Shown here one piece after another: positions 33,892-42,717 of a stretch of DNA of 64,000 nt. The notes beneath the pieces are model-generated. The model was not told the DNA's origin. It searched no databases and saw nothing but the letters and a program-made list of their open reading frames with translations. The stretch lies in NCBI GenBank assembly GCA_963767925.1, contig CAVYGB010000002.1:960001-1024000 (forward strand). Direction: 5' to 3'. Source of the stretch: an uncultured delta proteobacterium. Lineage in GTDB: Bacteria; Myxococcota_A; Polyangia; Fen-1088. Within the stretch, counting starts at the first letter, position 1. The number at the start of each line of letters is the position of its first letter. A program made the position numbers and the translations under genes.

Positions 33892-34314
33892 ATGGCGAAG
33901 AAGACGCTGCGCTGGGTGCTCACCTTGCTGATGGTGGCGGCGGGGCTGAACCACTTCCGGATGCCGGCGGCCTACGCGGCCATGATCCCGGCGGCCCTCC
34001 CTGCTCCCCTGGCGCTGGTGTACATCTCGGGTGTGGCGGAGATCCTCGGGGGGCTGGGGTTGATCTTGCCCGCGACCCGCCGGCTGGCGGCCTGGGGGCT
34101 GGTGGCGCTCTTCGTCGCGATCTTCCCGGCCAACGTGAACATGGCGGTCAACAACCTGCCGATGGATGGCAATCCCGTCCCGACCTGGGTGCTGTGGGCC
34201 CGGCTGCCGATCCAGGCCGTGCTGGTCGCCTGGGCCTGGTGGTACACCCGTCCCGCGGTGGCGGCCGAAAGGGCCGCGCTGGTCGGGGAACGATCCGCCG
34301 CCGTCCCCCGCTGA
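33892..34314 (+). CDS. DoxX-like membrane protein
   Basis: GLNHF, ISGVAEILGG, AIFPANVNMA, RLPIQ. Confidence 0.85.
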   Translation: MAKKTLRWVLTLLMVAAGLNHFRMPAAYAAMIPAALPAPLALVYISGVAEILGGLGLILPATRRLAAWGLVALFVAIFPANVNMAVNNLPMDGNPVPTWVLWARLPIQAVLVAWAWWYTRPAVAAERAALVGERSAAVPR

Positions 34315-34338
34315 GCCTCCCCGGCGAGCGCCACGCCC

Positions 34339-35226
34339 GTGCACCAGGGTCCACCCCGCGGCAGCTCCGTGGATCCCGAGGCCACTGCAGCAGCGGGGCA
34401 GCCGCCGGCGATGGGCGCCGCCGGGCTGGTGGTGCTGCTGCCGGGCAACCCGGGCGAGGCGATCTTCTACCAGCTCTTCGCGGCAGCGCTCGGCGCCCGG
34501 GGGCATGCCGTGCTGGTCTGCGGGCCCCCGCTCCTGTCACCCGCGCTCGCCGCCGCCGGGCTGCTGGCCCACGCCGAGCACCACGCGACAACCGTCCGCA
34601 GCCACCTGGCCGCCCGCGGGGTGCCGATCGAGTCGGCCAGGATCGTGCTGGTCGGGCACTCGGTGGGGGCCTATTTCGCCCACCTCATCGTCGCGCACCA
34701 CCTGCTGTGTGTGCGTCGCCTGGTGATGTTGTTCCCCTTCCTCGCGCGCCCGCGTCCGAGCGGCCGGCTCCTCCTCGCCGCGGCGGCGTGGCGGCGGCTG
34801 GAGCGGCCGCTGCTGTGGCTGCTGCGGGCGTTGCCGGGCCGGGTCCTCGACCGGCTGCTGGGCGCCGGCGAGCTGGCCGCCGCCGCCCGCGCGGCCCTGC
34901 GCGACGACCGCGCCCCGGCCTGGCTGGCGCTGGCCCGCAGCGAACGCCGCGAGATCGCCGTCCGCCCCGACGCGGGTTACCTCCTCGAGCAGCCCCTGTT
35001 CCGGGACCCCGCCCGCTTCGCGGTGCTGCTGGCCCCACGCGATCGCTGGGTCTCGGCCCGCGTCGAGGCCCAGCTCGCCCCCTTCGCCCACCGCTGCCCG
35101 CCCCCCGTCACCCACGCCTTCGTGGTCGACCCCGAAGCCCGCCGCCTGGTGGTGGACCTGCTGCACGGTCTCCTGTCCACCCCACCTCCAGGCGAGCGCC
35201 CGGTGCCCGGCCCGGGCCGCGGCTGA
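34339..35226 (+). CDS. alpha/beta hydrolase resembling lipid-droplet-associated hydrolase (LDAH)
   Basis: LPGNPG..FY, GHSVGAY, LFP, DRWV, HAFV; start uncertain. Confidence 0.75.
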   Translation: MHQGPPRGSSVDPEATAAAGQPPAMGAAGLVVLLPGNPGEAIFYQLFAAALGARGHAVLVCGPPLLSPALAAAGLLAHAEHHATTVRSHLAARGVPIESARIVLVGHSVGAYFAHLIVAHHLLCVRRLVMLFPFLARPRPSGRLLLAAAAWRRLERPLLWLLRALPGRVLDRLLGAGELAAAARAALRDDRAPAWLALARSERREIAVRPDAGYLLEQPLFRDPARFAVLLAPRDRWVSARVEAQLAPFAHRCPPPVTHAFVVDPEARRLVVDLLHGLLSTPPPGERPVPGPGRG

Positions 35227-35283
35227 TCACCGCGCGAGCCCCGGGCACACGGGTTGGGTGCGCAGCCCGCGGGCCGACGCCGA

Positions 35284-35703
35284 TCAGGTCTTCTTGAGGT
35301 TGCTGTTGAACATCCAGTTGATGCCGTAGGCGTCGGTCAACATGCCGAAGCGGGCGCCCCAGAAGGTATCTTGAAGGGGCATGTTGACCTTGCCACCGGC
35401 GGAGAGCGCCTCGAAGCGGCGGGCCATCTCGGCGAGGTCGTCGAAGTCGAGCGTGATGTGGACCTGGTTGCCCTGGGTGAGCGGCATGTCCGGCTGGGTG
35501 TCGCTGATCATCACGACCGCCTCGCCGATACGCAGGAGCGCGTGCATCACCCGGTTCTTCGTGTCGGCCGGGCCGCCCCCCGGCTGATCGCCGAAGCGCT
35601 GGATGGATTCGGTCTTCGCGCCGAGCGCCGACTCGTAGAGCTTGATCGCCTTGTCCGCGGTGCCGCTGAAGTTCAGGTACGGGTTGAGCTGCTTGATCGC
35701 CAT
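35284..35703 (-). CDS. PhnB/YjdN-like VOC protein
   Basis: LNPYLNFSG, VMHALL, MPLQDTFWGARFGMLTDAYGINW. Confidence 0.92.
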   Translation of the reverse strand: MAIKQLNPYLNFSGTADKAIKLYESALGAKTESIQRFGDQPGGGPADTKNRVMHALLRIGEAVVMISDTQPDMPLTQGNQVHITLDFDDLAEMARRFEALSAGGKVNMPLQDTFWGARFGMLTDAYGINWMFNSNLKKT

Positions 35704-35809
35704 GTTGTCCCCTCCTCGGGCCCCGGTTTTACCGCGCCCCCACCCCCACCCTGTCCCTGATTTGTGGTTGTCCCCCCCTGCCCGCCGCGGGCGCGGTTGC
35801 TGGTGTTGC

Positions 35810-36223
35810 TCAGCGACCTGCGCCGGGCTCGAGGCCGGGGGACTCCTCGGTGCTGGGCGGGGGCGGGCCGGTCACGTTGACCACCAGCTCGAGGCCGCTG
35901 GCGGCGATGGCGTGGGTGGCGGCGTCGACGAAGCGCTGCGATTCTCCCGAGGGGGGCTCGGCGCAGTCGAGGCGGATCTGCACGGGCTTTCCCTGGTACT
36001 GCGGGTACTGCTGCACCAGGAAGCCGTCGAGGACGTAGCCCAGGTAGCGGTTGATCTTCTCCTCGATCTGCGCGAACTGCAGCGGGCTCGCCCCCCACGC
36101 GCGGCGCTCGATCATCACCAGCACGACCTTGCCTGACGTCGGGTCGGGGGTGATGAGGTCCATCAAGCGGGCGTTCTCCACGCCCGGCTGGCCGAACTCG
36201 GTCACCATTTGCTCGCGCGTCAT
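35810..36223 (-). CDS. conserved hypothetical protein (DUF6572-like)
   Basis: MDLIT..VVLVMIERRAW..EEKINRYLGYVLDG; start uncertain. Confidence 0.7.
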   Translation of the reverse strand: MTREQMVTEFGQPGVENARLMDLITPDPTSGKVVLVMIERRAWGASPLQFAQIEEKINRYLGYVLDGFLVQQYPQYQGKPVQIRLDCAEPPSGESQRFVDAATHAIAASGLELVVNVTGPPPPSTEESPGLEPGAGR

Positions 36224-36354
36224 GCGGGACACGGGCGAAAGCTTAACACCGCCGGAGACGTGGGGGTCCAGCGGGGTTCGTATCGCGCGCGACCGACCCG
36301 CTGGACAGCGGCGGCGCGACGGGCCAGCTTCAGGGGCGAAGGGCAAGCAGGCCG

Positions 36355-38031
36355 ATGAAAGGTGGGGAGCCGACTGGCGCGGACGTGGGGACCGATCCCG
36401 GTGCGGGGGACCTCGCGCGCGGGCGGGCGCACTACCGGGCGCGGGCCTGGGCCAGCGCCCACGACGCGTTCGCGCGCGCCGATCGTCTGGCCCCGCTGGC
36501 GGCCGAGGATCTGGAGCGGCTGGCGCTGGCGGCGTATCTGGTCGGGCGGGACGCGGACTACTTGCAGGTGCTCGAGCGGGCGCATCAGGCGCACCTGGCG
36601 GCCGGGTCCCGTGCGCCGGCGGCCCGGGCGGCTTTCTGGCTGGGGCTGCGGCTGCTGTTTCGCGGAGAGGCCAGCGGGGCCAACGGCTGGCTGGGGCGGG
36701 GCGAGCGCCTGCTCGACCGGGAGCAAGGCGACTGCGCCGAGCGCGGGTACCTGACGTTGCTGATCGCCCAGCAGCGGGCGCTGGAGGGCGACCTGGACGC
36801 CGCCTACGCCAGCGCGGCCGCCGCGACGGCCGCGGGGGAGCGCTTCGGCGAGGCGGACCTGGTGGCGGCGGCCCTGCATCTGCAGGGGCGGGTGCGGCTG
36901 CAGCAGGGGCAGGTCGGCGCGGGCCTGTCCTTCCTCGACGAGGCCATGGTGGGGGTGGTCGGGGGTGAGCTGTCGCCGCTGATGGCCGGCCTGGTCTATT
37001 GCAGCGCCATCGAAGGGTGCCGGGAGGTCTTCGCGCTCGACCGCGCCCGCGAGTGGACCGCCGCCCTGGGGCGCTGGTGCGGCGAGCAGCCCGAGATGGT
37101 CGCCTTCGTGGGCGTGTGCCAGGTGCACCGCGCGGAGATCCTGCAGCTCAACGGCGCCTGGTCGGACGCGCTCGCGGAGGCGCAGCGGGCCTGCGCGCGC
37201 TGCCTGGGCATCAACCGGCTGGCGGCGGCGGCCGCCCTTTATCAGCAGGCGGAGGTTCACCGGCTGCGCGGTGAGCTCCTGGCGGCCGAGGCGGCGTACC
37301 GGGACGCCAGCCAGTGGGGCTGGGATCCGCAGCCGGGGCTGGCGCTGCTGCGGCTGGCCCAGGGGCAGTCGGCGGCAGCGGCGGCGGCGATCCGGAGGGC
37401 GGTCGGCGAGGCGACGCCGCCCGCGCAGCGGACCGTGCTGCTGACGGCCCAGGTGGAGATCCTGCTGGCGACCGGTGAGACCGGCGAGGCGCGCACGGCG
37501 GCCGGCGTACTCGCGGCGATCGCGGCGGGCTTCGGCTCGCGCGTACCGGGGGCGCTGGCGGATCAGGCGCTGGGCGCCGTCGAGCTCGCCGAAGGCAACA
37601 CCGCCGGGGCGGCGGCGCTGTTGCGGCGGGCCTGGCAGGTCTGGCAGGAGCTGGACGCGCCCTACCCGGCAGCGCGGGCGCGGGTGCTGCTCGGGCAATG
37701 CCACCGCGCCCAGGGAGATCGGGACGGGGCCGACCTGGAGGAGCGGGCGGCCCGCGCCGTGTTCGACGCCCTGGGGGCGACGCCCGACCTCACCCGGCTC
37801 GCCGCCGCCGGCCGCGACGAGAGCGCCCCCCGCCGCCCCCACGGCTTGACCCCGCGCGAGCTGGAGGTCCTCCGTCAGGTCGCCACCGGAAAGAGCAACA
37901 AGGACATCGCCAGCGCCCTGTTCCTCAGCGAACGGACCATCGAGCGGCACGTGAGCAACATCTTCCGCAAGCTCGACGTCCCCTCCCGCGCCGCCGCCAC
38001 CGCCCACGCTTATCGGCACGCGCTGGTTTGA
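36355..38031 (+). CDS. large LuxR-family regulator (helical TPR-like body plus C-terminal HTH)
   Basis: LTPRELEVLRQVATGKSNKDIASALFLSERTIERHVSNIFRKL. Confidence 0.93.
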   Translation: MKGGEPTGADVGTDPGAGDLARGRAHYRARAWASAHDAFARADRLAPLAAEDLERLALAAYLVGRDADYLQVLERAHQAHLAAGSRAPAARAAFWLGLRLLFRGEASGANGWLGRGERLLDREQGDCAERGYLTLLIAQQRALEGDLDAAYASAAAATAAGERFGEADLVAAALHLQGRVRLQQGQVGAGLSFLDEAMVGVVGGELSPLMAGLVYCSAIEGCREVFALDRAREWTAALGRWCGEQPEMVAFVGVCQVHRAEILQLNGAWSDALAEAQRACARCLGINRLAAAAALYQQAEVHRLRGELLAAEAAYRDASQWGWDPQPGLALLRLAQGQSAAAAAAIRRAVGEATPPAQRTVLLTAQVEILLATGETGEARTAAGVLAAIAAGFGSRVPGALADQALGAVELAEGNTAGAAALLRRAWQVWQELDAPYPAARARVLLGQCHRAQGDRDGADLEERAARAVFDALGATPDLTRLAAAGRDESAPRRPHGLTPRELEVLRQVATGKSNKDIASALFLSERTIERHVSNIFRKLDVPSRAAATAHAYRHALV

Positions 38032-38099
38032 GCGCGGAGGGGACGGTACTCACGCGGACAGGGTGAACGTTCCTCGTTCCTCGTGTCCGTTCCGTATCC

Positions 38100-38331
38100 G
38101 TGCACGAGCACGTGCACGTGCACGTGGACGTGCACGTGATCCGTGCACGTCCGACCGTGGACGTGCACGTGATCCGTGCACGTCCGACCGTGGACGTGGA
38201 CGTGGACGTGGACGTGGACGTGGACGTGGACGTGGACGTGGACGTGGACGTGGACGTGGACGTGGACGTGGACGTGGACGTGACGTGACGTGACGTGACG
38301 TGACGTGACGTGACGTGACGTGACGTGACGT
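38100..38331. repeat. compound tandem repeat: GTGCAC units, 2 x 33-mer, (GTGGAC)15, (GTGAC)10
   Basis: 33-mer at 38124-38156 and 38157-38189; GTGGAC x15 at 38190-38279; GTGAC x10 at 38280-38329. Confidence 0.97.
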
Positions 38332-38375
38332 CGGGCGAGCCGAACACGAACACTGGGGGCCCTCGCCATTAACTC

Positions 38376-38426
38376 TGAGTGAAAACACCCACGGCGGCCG
38401 TCCCGCAAATTGGGTGGTTCCTCCGA
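38376..38426. promoter_or_regulatory. two related imperfect palindromes, putative LuxR operator sites
   Basis: TGAGTG-AAAA-CACCCA (38376-38391) and TGGGTG-GTTC-CTCCGA (38411-38426) upstream of ATG 38478. Confidence 0.45.
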
Positions 38427-38477
38427 CGCGCCGCCCCGGCGCGCCCTCTACGCTTGCGAGCAAGAAGGAGGGACACC

Positions 38478-40682
38478 ATGACGACCTCGAAACACGCGCC
38501 GGCGGGAACGACCCAGACGCCCGGGCCGCGCGAGAAGCTGTTGCAGACGCTGGCGGTGCGGGAGCGGCGCCTGACCCTGGCGGGGATCTCGACCGCCGTG
38601 CTCGAAGGGGGGGAGGGGCCGGCGGTGGTCCTCCTCCACGGGCCCGGGGCTAACGCGACCCACTGGATGCGGATCATTCCGGCCCTCCTCGGACAGCACC
38701 GGGTTGTCGCGCCCGATCTGCCGGGCCACGGCGCCTCCGGGGCCGACGTGCCGCTGGATGCCGCCCGGGTGCTGGCCTGGCTCGACGAGCTGATCGAGCA
38801 GACCTGCGGGCCCCGGCCGGCCCTGGTGGGGCAGCTCCTCGGCGGGGCGCTCGCCGCCCGCTTCGCCATCGCGCGGCCCGATCGCATCGGTGCGCTCGTC
38901 CTGATCGACAGCTTCGGTCTGACCGACTTTCACCCGGCTCCTGCGTTCGGGGCGGCGTTGAGCGCCTTCTTCGCCGACCCGACCGGGGCGACCCACGACG
39001 CCCTCTGGGGGCAATGTGCCCACGACCTGCCCGCCCTGCGCGGAGCCATGGGTCCGCTCTGGCCGCCGTTCGCGGCCTACAACGTCGACCGTGCCCGCGC
39101 GCCGGCGGTGACCGCGGCCGTGGCCACGCTGATGGGCGAGCTGGGCGCGCGGGCCATCCCGGCCGCCGACCTGGCGCGGATCACGGCGCCCACCACCTTG
39201 ATCTGGGGGCGCCACGACCGGGCGACGCCGCTCGCGGTCGCCGAGGCGGCGAGCGCCCGGCACGGCTGGCCCCTGCACGTGATCGAGCGCTGCAACGACG
39301 ACCCCCCGGTCGAGCAGCCCGAGGCCCTTTGCCGCCTGCTCGTCGCCGCCCTGGCGGGGGACCGCCGCCCGGAGCCGAGCCCACCCCGGCGCGCGCGCGA
39401 GCAGGTGCACACGCTGATCATCGGCGCGGGGCAAGCGGGCCTCGCCACCAGCTACTGGCTGCAGCGAGCCGGCATCGAGCACCTGCTGGTCGACCGCCGG
39501 CCGCACCTGGGCGGCGCCTGGCACGACCGCTGGGACAGCTTCACCCTCGTCGCGCCGAACTACACCCTGCGCCTACCTGGCATGCCCTACGCGGGACCGG
39601 ACCCCGACGGGTTCATGCCGCGCGAGCAGGTGGTGGGCTACGTGCAGGACTACGCCGCCTTCATCGGCGCGCCGGTGCGCCTCGGGACGGGCATCGACCG
39701 CCTCTCCGCCGCCGAGGGCCACTTCGAAGCCCGCAGCGCGGGGACGACCTTCCAGGCCGAAAACGTCGTGCTCGCCACCGGACCTTACCAGCGGCCGCGC
39801 ATCCCCGACATCGCCCGCGCCCTGCCCGCCCACATCCAGCAGCTCCACGCGCACGACTACCGGCGGCCCGGGCAGCTCGCCGCGGGGGCGGTGCTCGTGG
39901 TCGGCACCGGCCAGTCGGGCACCCAGATCGCCGAGGAGCTCCTGCAGGCCGGGCGCGACGTGCACCTGGCCGTGTCGATGTGCCCCCGCGCGCCCCGCCG
40001 CTACCGCGGCCGCGACTGCATCTGGTGGCTGCTGCAGTCGTTCCTCCACGGCGCCGAGGTCGGGGTGAAGTTCCCCACCGTGGAAGACCTGCCCAGCCCC
40101 GCCGCCCGCTTCGGCTGCAACCCGCACCTCACAGGCAAAGACGGCGGCCACGACCTCGACCTGCGCCAGCTCGCGCGCCGGGGCGTGCACCTCCACGGGT
40201 ACCTGGACGCGATCAGCGGGACGGCCGTCCGCTTCAGCGCCGACCTCGCCGAACGCCTGCGCTTCGCCGACACGATGTTCGACGAGGAGTTCCGCCCGCT
40301 GTTCGACGCGTACATCGCCGCCGCCGGCATCGAGGCCCCACCCGACGATCGCCCCCCGCCCGACACCTTCACCCCCGCCACCGCCACCGAGCTCGACCTC
40401 GACCGGGCCGGCGTGCGCAGCGTGATCTGGGCGACCGGCTACCGCCTCGACTTCGGCTGGGTCGATCTGCCGGTGCTGGACGCCTGGGGCTACCCCCGCC
40501 ACCACCGGGGCGTGACGACCCACCCCGGCCTCTACGCCATCGGCCTGCCCTGGCTACACTCCGAGCCCTCCTCGGTCTTCGCCGGGGTCGGGGCCGACGC
40601 CGCCCACATCGTCGAGCACCTCGCCCGCCACCGGCGGGTCAGCGCAACAGGACCGGAAGGAAGATCGCGCCGACCAGCATGA
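38478..40682 (+). CDS. alpha/beta-hydrolase-fold domain fused to flavin-containing monooxygenase (CzcO/TrkA-like)
   Basis: AGGAGG RBS; VLLHGPG, APDLPGHG; IIGAGQAGL, RWDSFTL, VLATG, VVGTGQSG, IWATGY. Confidence 0.9.
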   Translation: MTTSKHAPAGTTQTPGPREKLLQTLAVRERRLTLAGISTAVLEGGEGPAVVLLHGPGANATHWMRIIPALLGQHRVVAPDLPGHGASGADVPLDAARVLAWLDELIEQTCGPRPALVGQLLGGALAARFAIARPDRIGALVLIDSFGLTDFHPAPAFGAALSAFFADPTGATHDALWGQCAHDLPALRGAMGPLWPPFAAYNVDRARAPAVTAAVATLMGELGARAIPAADLARITAPTTLIWGRHDRATPLAVAEAASARHGWPLHVIERCNDDPPVEQPEALCRLLVAALAGDRRPEPSPPRRAREQVHTLIIGAGQAGLATSYWLQRAGIEHLLVDRRPHLGGAWHDRWDSFTLVAPNYTLRLPGMPYAGPDPDGFMPREQVVGYVQDYAAFIGAPVRLGTGIDRLSAAEGHFEARSAGTTFQAENVVLATGPYQRPRIPDIARALPAHIQQLHAHDYRRPGQLAAGAVLVVGTGQSGTQIAEELLQAGRDVHLAVSMCPRAPRRYRGRDCIWWLLQSFLHGAEVGVKFPTVEDLPSPAARFGCNPHLTGKDGGHDLDLRQLARRGVHLHGYLDAISGTAVRFSADLAERLRFADTMFDEEFRPLFDAYIAAAGIEAPPDDRPPPDTFTPATATELDLDRAGVRSVIWATGYRLDFGWVDLPVLDAWGYPRHHRGVTTHPGLYAIGLPWLHSEPSSVFAGVGADAAHIVEHLARHRRVSATGPEGRSRRPA

Positions 40683-40755
40683 GGGCGACGACCGCGAGGA
40701 CCACCTGGCCACCTCGCCGTTTGCGGACCGTTCGTTTCCTGGTGATCGACTTCAT
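40639..40755 (-). CDS. 38-aa single-TM small protein
   Basis: AGGAGGT RBS; MKSITRKRTVRKRRGGQVVLAVVALMLVGAIFLPVLLR. Confidence 0.6.
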   Translation of the reverse strand: MKSITRKRTVRKRRGGQVVLAVVALMLVGAIFLPVLLR

Positions 40756-40858
40756 CGGGACCACCTCCTGCGGCCCAGTCTAGAACCGCCGCCCCCGCTG
40801 TGCCAGGCCGGCCCGGGGGCGGCGCGTCGAGCCACCACCGCTGCTTCGAAGACGGTGC

Positions 40859-41749
40859 CTAGAGCTCGGTGGCCTCGATGCGGCGGTTCTTCTGGCGGCC
40901 CTCGTCGGTGTCGTTGGGCGCGATGGGGCGCTCGTCGCCGCGGCCGACCGGCTGGATGCGGCCACCGTCGATGCCCTTCGAGATCAGGTAGGCCCGGCAG
41001 GCCTGCGCGCGCCTCTCCGACAGCGCCTTGTTGATCTTCGGATTGCCGACGTTGTCGGTGTGCCCGGAGATCTCGATCCGCGCGCCGGGCTTGTGGGTCA
41101 TGTATTCGACGACGCTGTCGAGCCGGGCGAACGACTCGGCGCGGATGGAGGCCTTGCCGGTGTCGAAGGTGACCCCGCTGAGCACGAAGCCCGGGGTGGG
41201 TGGCGCGTCCGGGGTGGCCGGCGGCAGCGGCAGGTGGCGCTTGTAGCGCAGGGTCAGGCGGATGTTTTGCTTCGGCTCGTCGCTGACCGTCACGCTGGCG
41301 GCGATGTCCCGGCGCCCGAGGCTCAGGTAGACGAGGTCGTACTTCTGCCCCACCGGGACCAGCACCTCGGCGCGACCGTCGAGGTCCGTCTCGGCGGTGT
41401 AGTACTTCTTGCCGTCGGGCGCGGTCAGGGAGATCACGATCCCCTCGACGGGACCCTTGTCCTTGTCGATCACGACCAGCCGCACCGCCGCCTCGGTCGC
41501 GGTCGGCGTGATCTTCGAGGGCGCCGGCTCCTCCCCGTCGCGAGCCGGCTTCGAGTCGCGGAGCACGAACGCGCCCGCCTCCCCGGAGGCGCCCTCGCCG
41601 GCGGCCGGCTTGGCGCCAGCAGCAGCGGCAGGTGCGGCCGGTGCGGCAGGTGCCCCCGCCGTCTCCACCGCCGGCGACTTGACCCGCTGACTCCCTCCGC
41701 AACCAACCAGGAACACCGTCGCGATCGCGATCCGCACAAGCCGACCCAT
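40859..41749 (-). CDS. OmpA-family lipoprotein with Ig-like N-domain
   Basis: Lipobox-like FLVGC; VTFDTGKA, ISGHTDNVG, NKALSERRA, NRRIE. Confidence 0.92.
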   Translation of the reverse strand: MGRLVRIAIATVFLVGCGGSQRVKSPAVETAGAPAAPAAPAAAAGAKPAAGEGASGEAGAFVLRDSKPARDGEEPAPSKITPTATEAAVRLVVIDKDKGPVEGIVISLTAPDGKKYYTAETDLDGRAEVLVPVGQKYDLVYLSLGRRDIAASVTVSDEPKQNIRLTLRYKRHLPLPPATPDAPPTPGFVLSGVTFDTGKASIRAESFARLDSVVEYMTHKPGARIEISGHTDNVGNPKINKALSERRAQACRAYLISKGIDGGRIQPVGRGDERPIAPNDTDEGRQKNRRIEATEL

Positions 41750-41880
41750 GGCACGCTCCGTCGTCAGGAAACCGTCCCTTCGACCGTACCACACCGCCGG
41801 CTCCCCGGGCCTCCGACGGCCCCACCCGCCCCATGCCCACACCGACATGCAACCGCCCCGGCCCACACCGCCCTTCAATC

Positions 41881-42023
41881 GAGTGGGATCGCCGAGTGGG
41901 ATCGCCGAGTGGGATCGCCGAGTGGGATCGCCGAGTGGGATCGCCGAGTGGGATCGCCGAGTGGGATCGCCGAGTGGGATCGCCGAGTGGGATCGCCGAG
42001 CTGGATCGCCGAGCTGGATCGGG
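41881..42023. repeat. 13-bp tandem repeat (GAGTGGGATCGCC)9 plus 2 variants
   Basis: Nine perfect units 41881-41997, then GAGCTGGATCGCC and GAGCTGGATCGGG. Confidence 0.97.
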
Positions 42024-42033
42024 CCGGATCGGG

Positions 42034-42519
42034 TCAGGCCGAGGTGGCGTCGGGATCGGGGTCGGGCGAGGAGAAGGTGAAGATGGTGACCGGGGCGGGG
42101 GCGCCGCCCAGGGCCCGGTAGAAGTCGAGGGCGTGGAGGTCCTCGTTGTCCGCGGGGACGAACAGGTCGTGGATGCCGGCCGCCGCCGCTTGCTCACGCA
42201 GGGCTGCGATCAGCCGCCGGCCGATGCCCGCCCGGCGGTGGTCGGCGCTGACGGCGAGGTCGTAGATGAAGAGCTCGCAGGCCTCGGCCCGCGTCATCAG
42301 CAGGGTGTGGGCGGTGACGCCACCGACAATCTCGCTGCCCAGGAAGGCGGCGATGACCCAGAAGTCGGTCCGGGCCAGGAGCCGGTCGAGGTAAGCGTCC
42401 CCCAGCGGCTCGCCGGGCTCCTCGAACACCTCGGCCATCAGCAGAAACAGGCGCCGGGCGACGTCCCGATCGGCGGCGGTCAACCGCTGCGTCCGCACCT
42501 CTTTCGTCCCGTCGTTCAT
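42034..42519 (-). CDS. GNAT N-acetyltransferase, AAC(3)-I-like
   Basis: ELFIYDLAVSADHRRAGIGRRL, VPADNED..ALDFYRALG. Confidence 0.88.
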   Translation of the reverse strand: MNDGTKEVRTQRLTAADRDVARRLFLLMAEVFEEPGEPLGDAYLDRLLARTDFWVIAAFLGSEIVGGVTAHTLLMTRAEACELFIYDLAVSADHRRAGIGRRLIAALREQAAAAGIHDLFVPADNEDLHALDFYRALGGAPAPVTIFTFSSPDPDPDATSA

Positions 42520-42575
42520 CTCCGCCAGCGCTCCCTCGGCCGGAGTGTACCAGAGGGCGCGCCCGCGGATGGGCG

Positions 42576-42659
42576 TCAGCGCGGAAGCACGGCGCCGCCG
42601 GCGACGTCGAGGATCACCCCCGTGATCCAGGCGGAGGCGTCGGCGGCGAGGAACAGCGG
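42576..42659 (-). pseudogene. 3' remnant of an SDR oxidoreductase
   Basis: Minus strand reads PLFLAADASAWITGVILDVAGGAVLPR-stop, a classic SDR C-terminus with no upstream body. Confidence 0.7.
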
Positions 42660-42717
42660 CGCGGGCAAAGCGCCCGCCAGATTGTCCAGGTATCGAGGGT
42701 CGCCACGGTCCAGACCT

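Noticed and set aside
38010..38463. ORFs encoding poly(HV), poly(DV), poly(ST), poly(RP) or poly(RG), or a CRISPR array
   Set aside because: All are translations of a stop-poor tandem repeat, without RBS support or spacers
41881..42023. Possible CRISPR array
   Set aside because: Units are 13 bp and contiguous with no unique spacers; no cas genes in the window
42034..42519. Acquired aminoglycoside resistance cassette
   Set aside because: No attC or integrase context and host-like GC; family resemblance alone does not show activity
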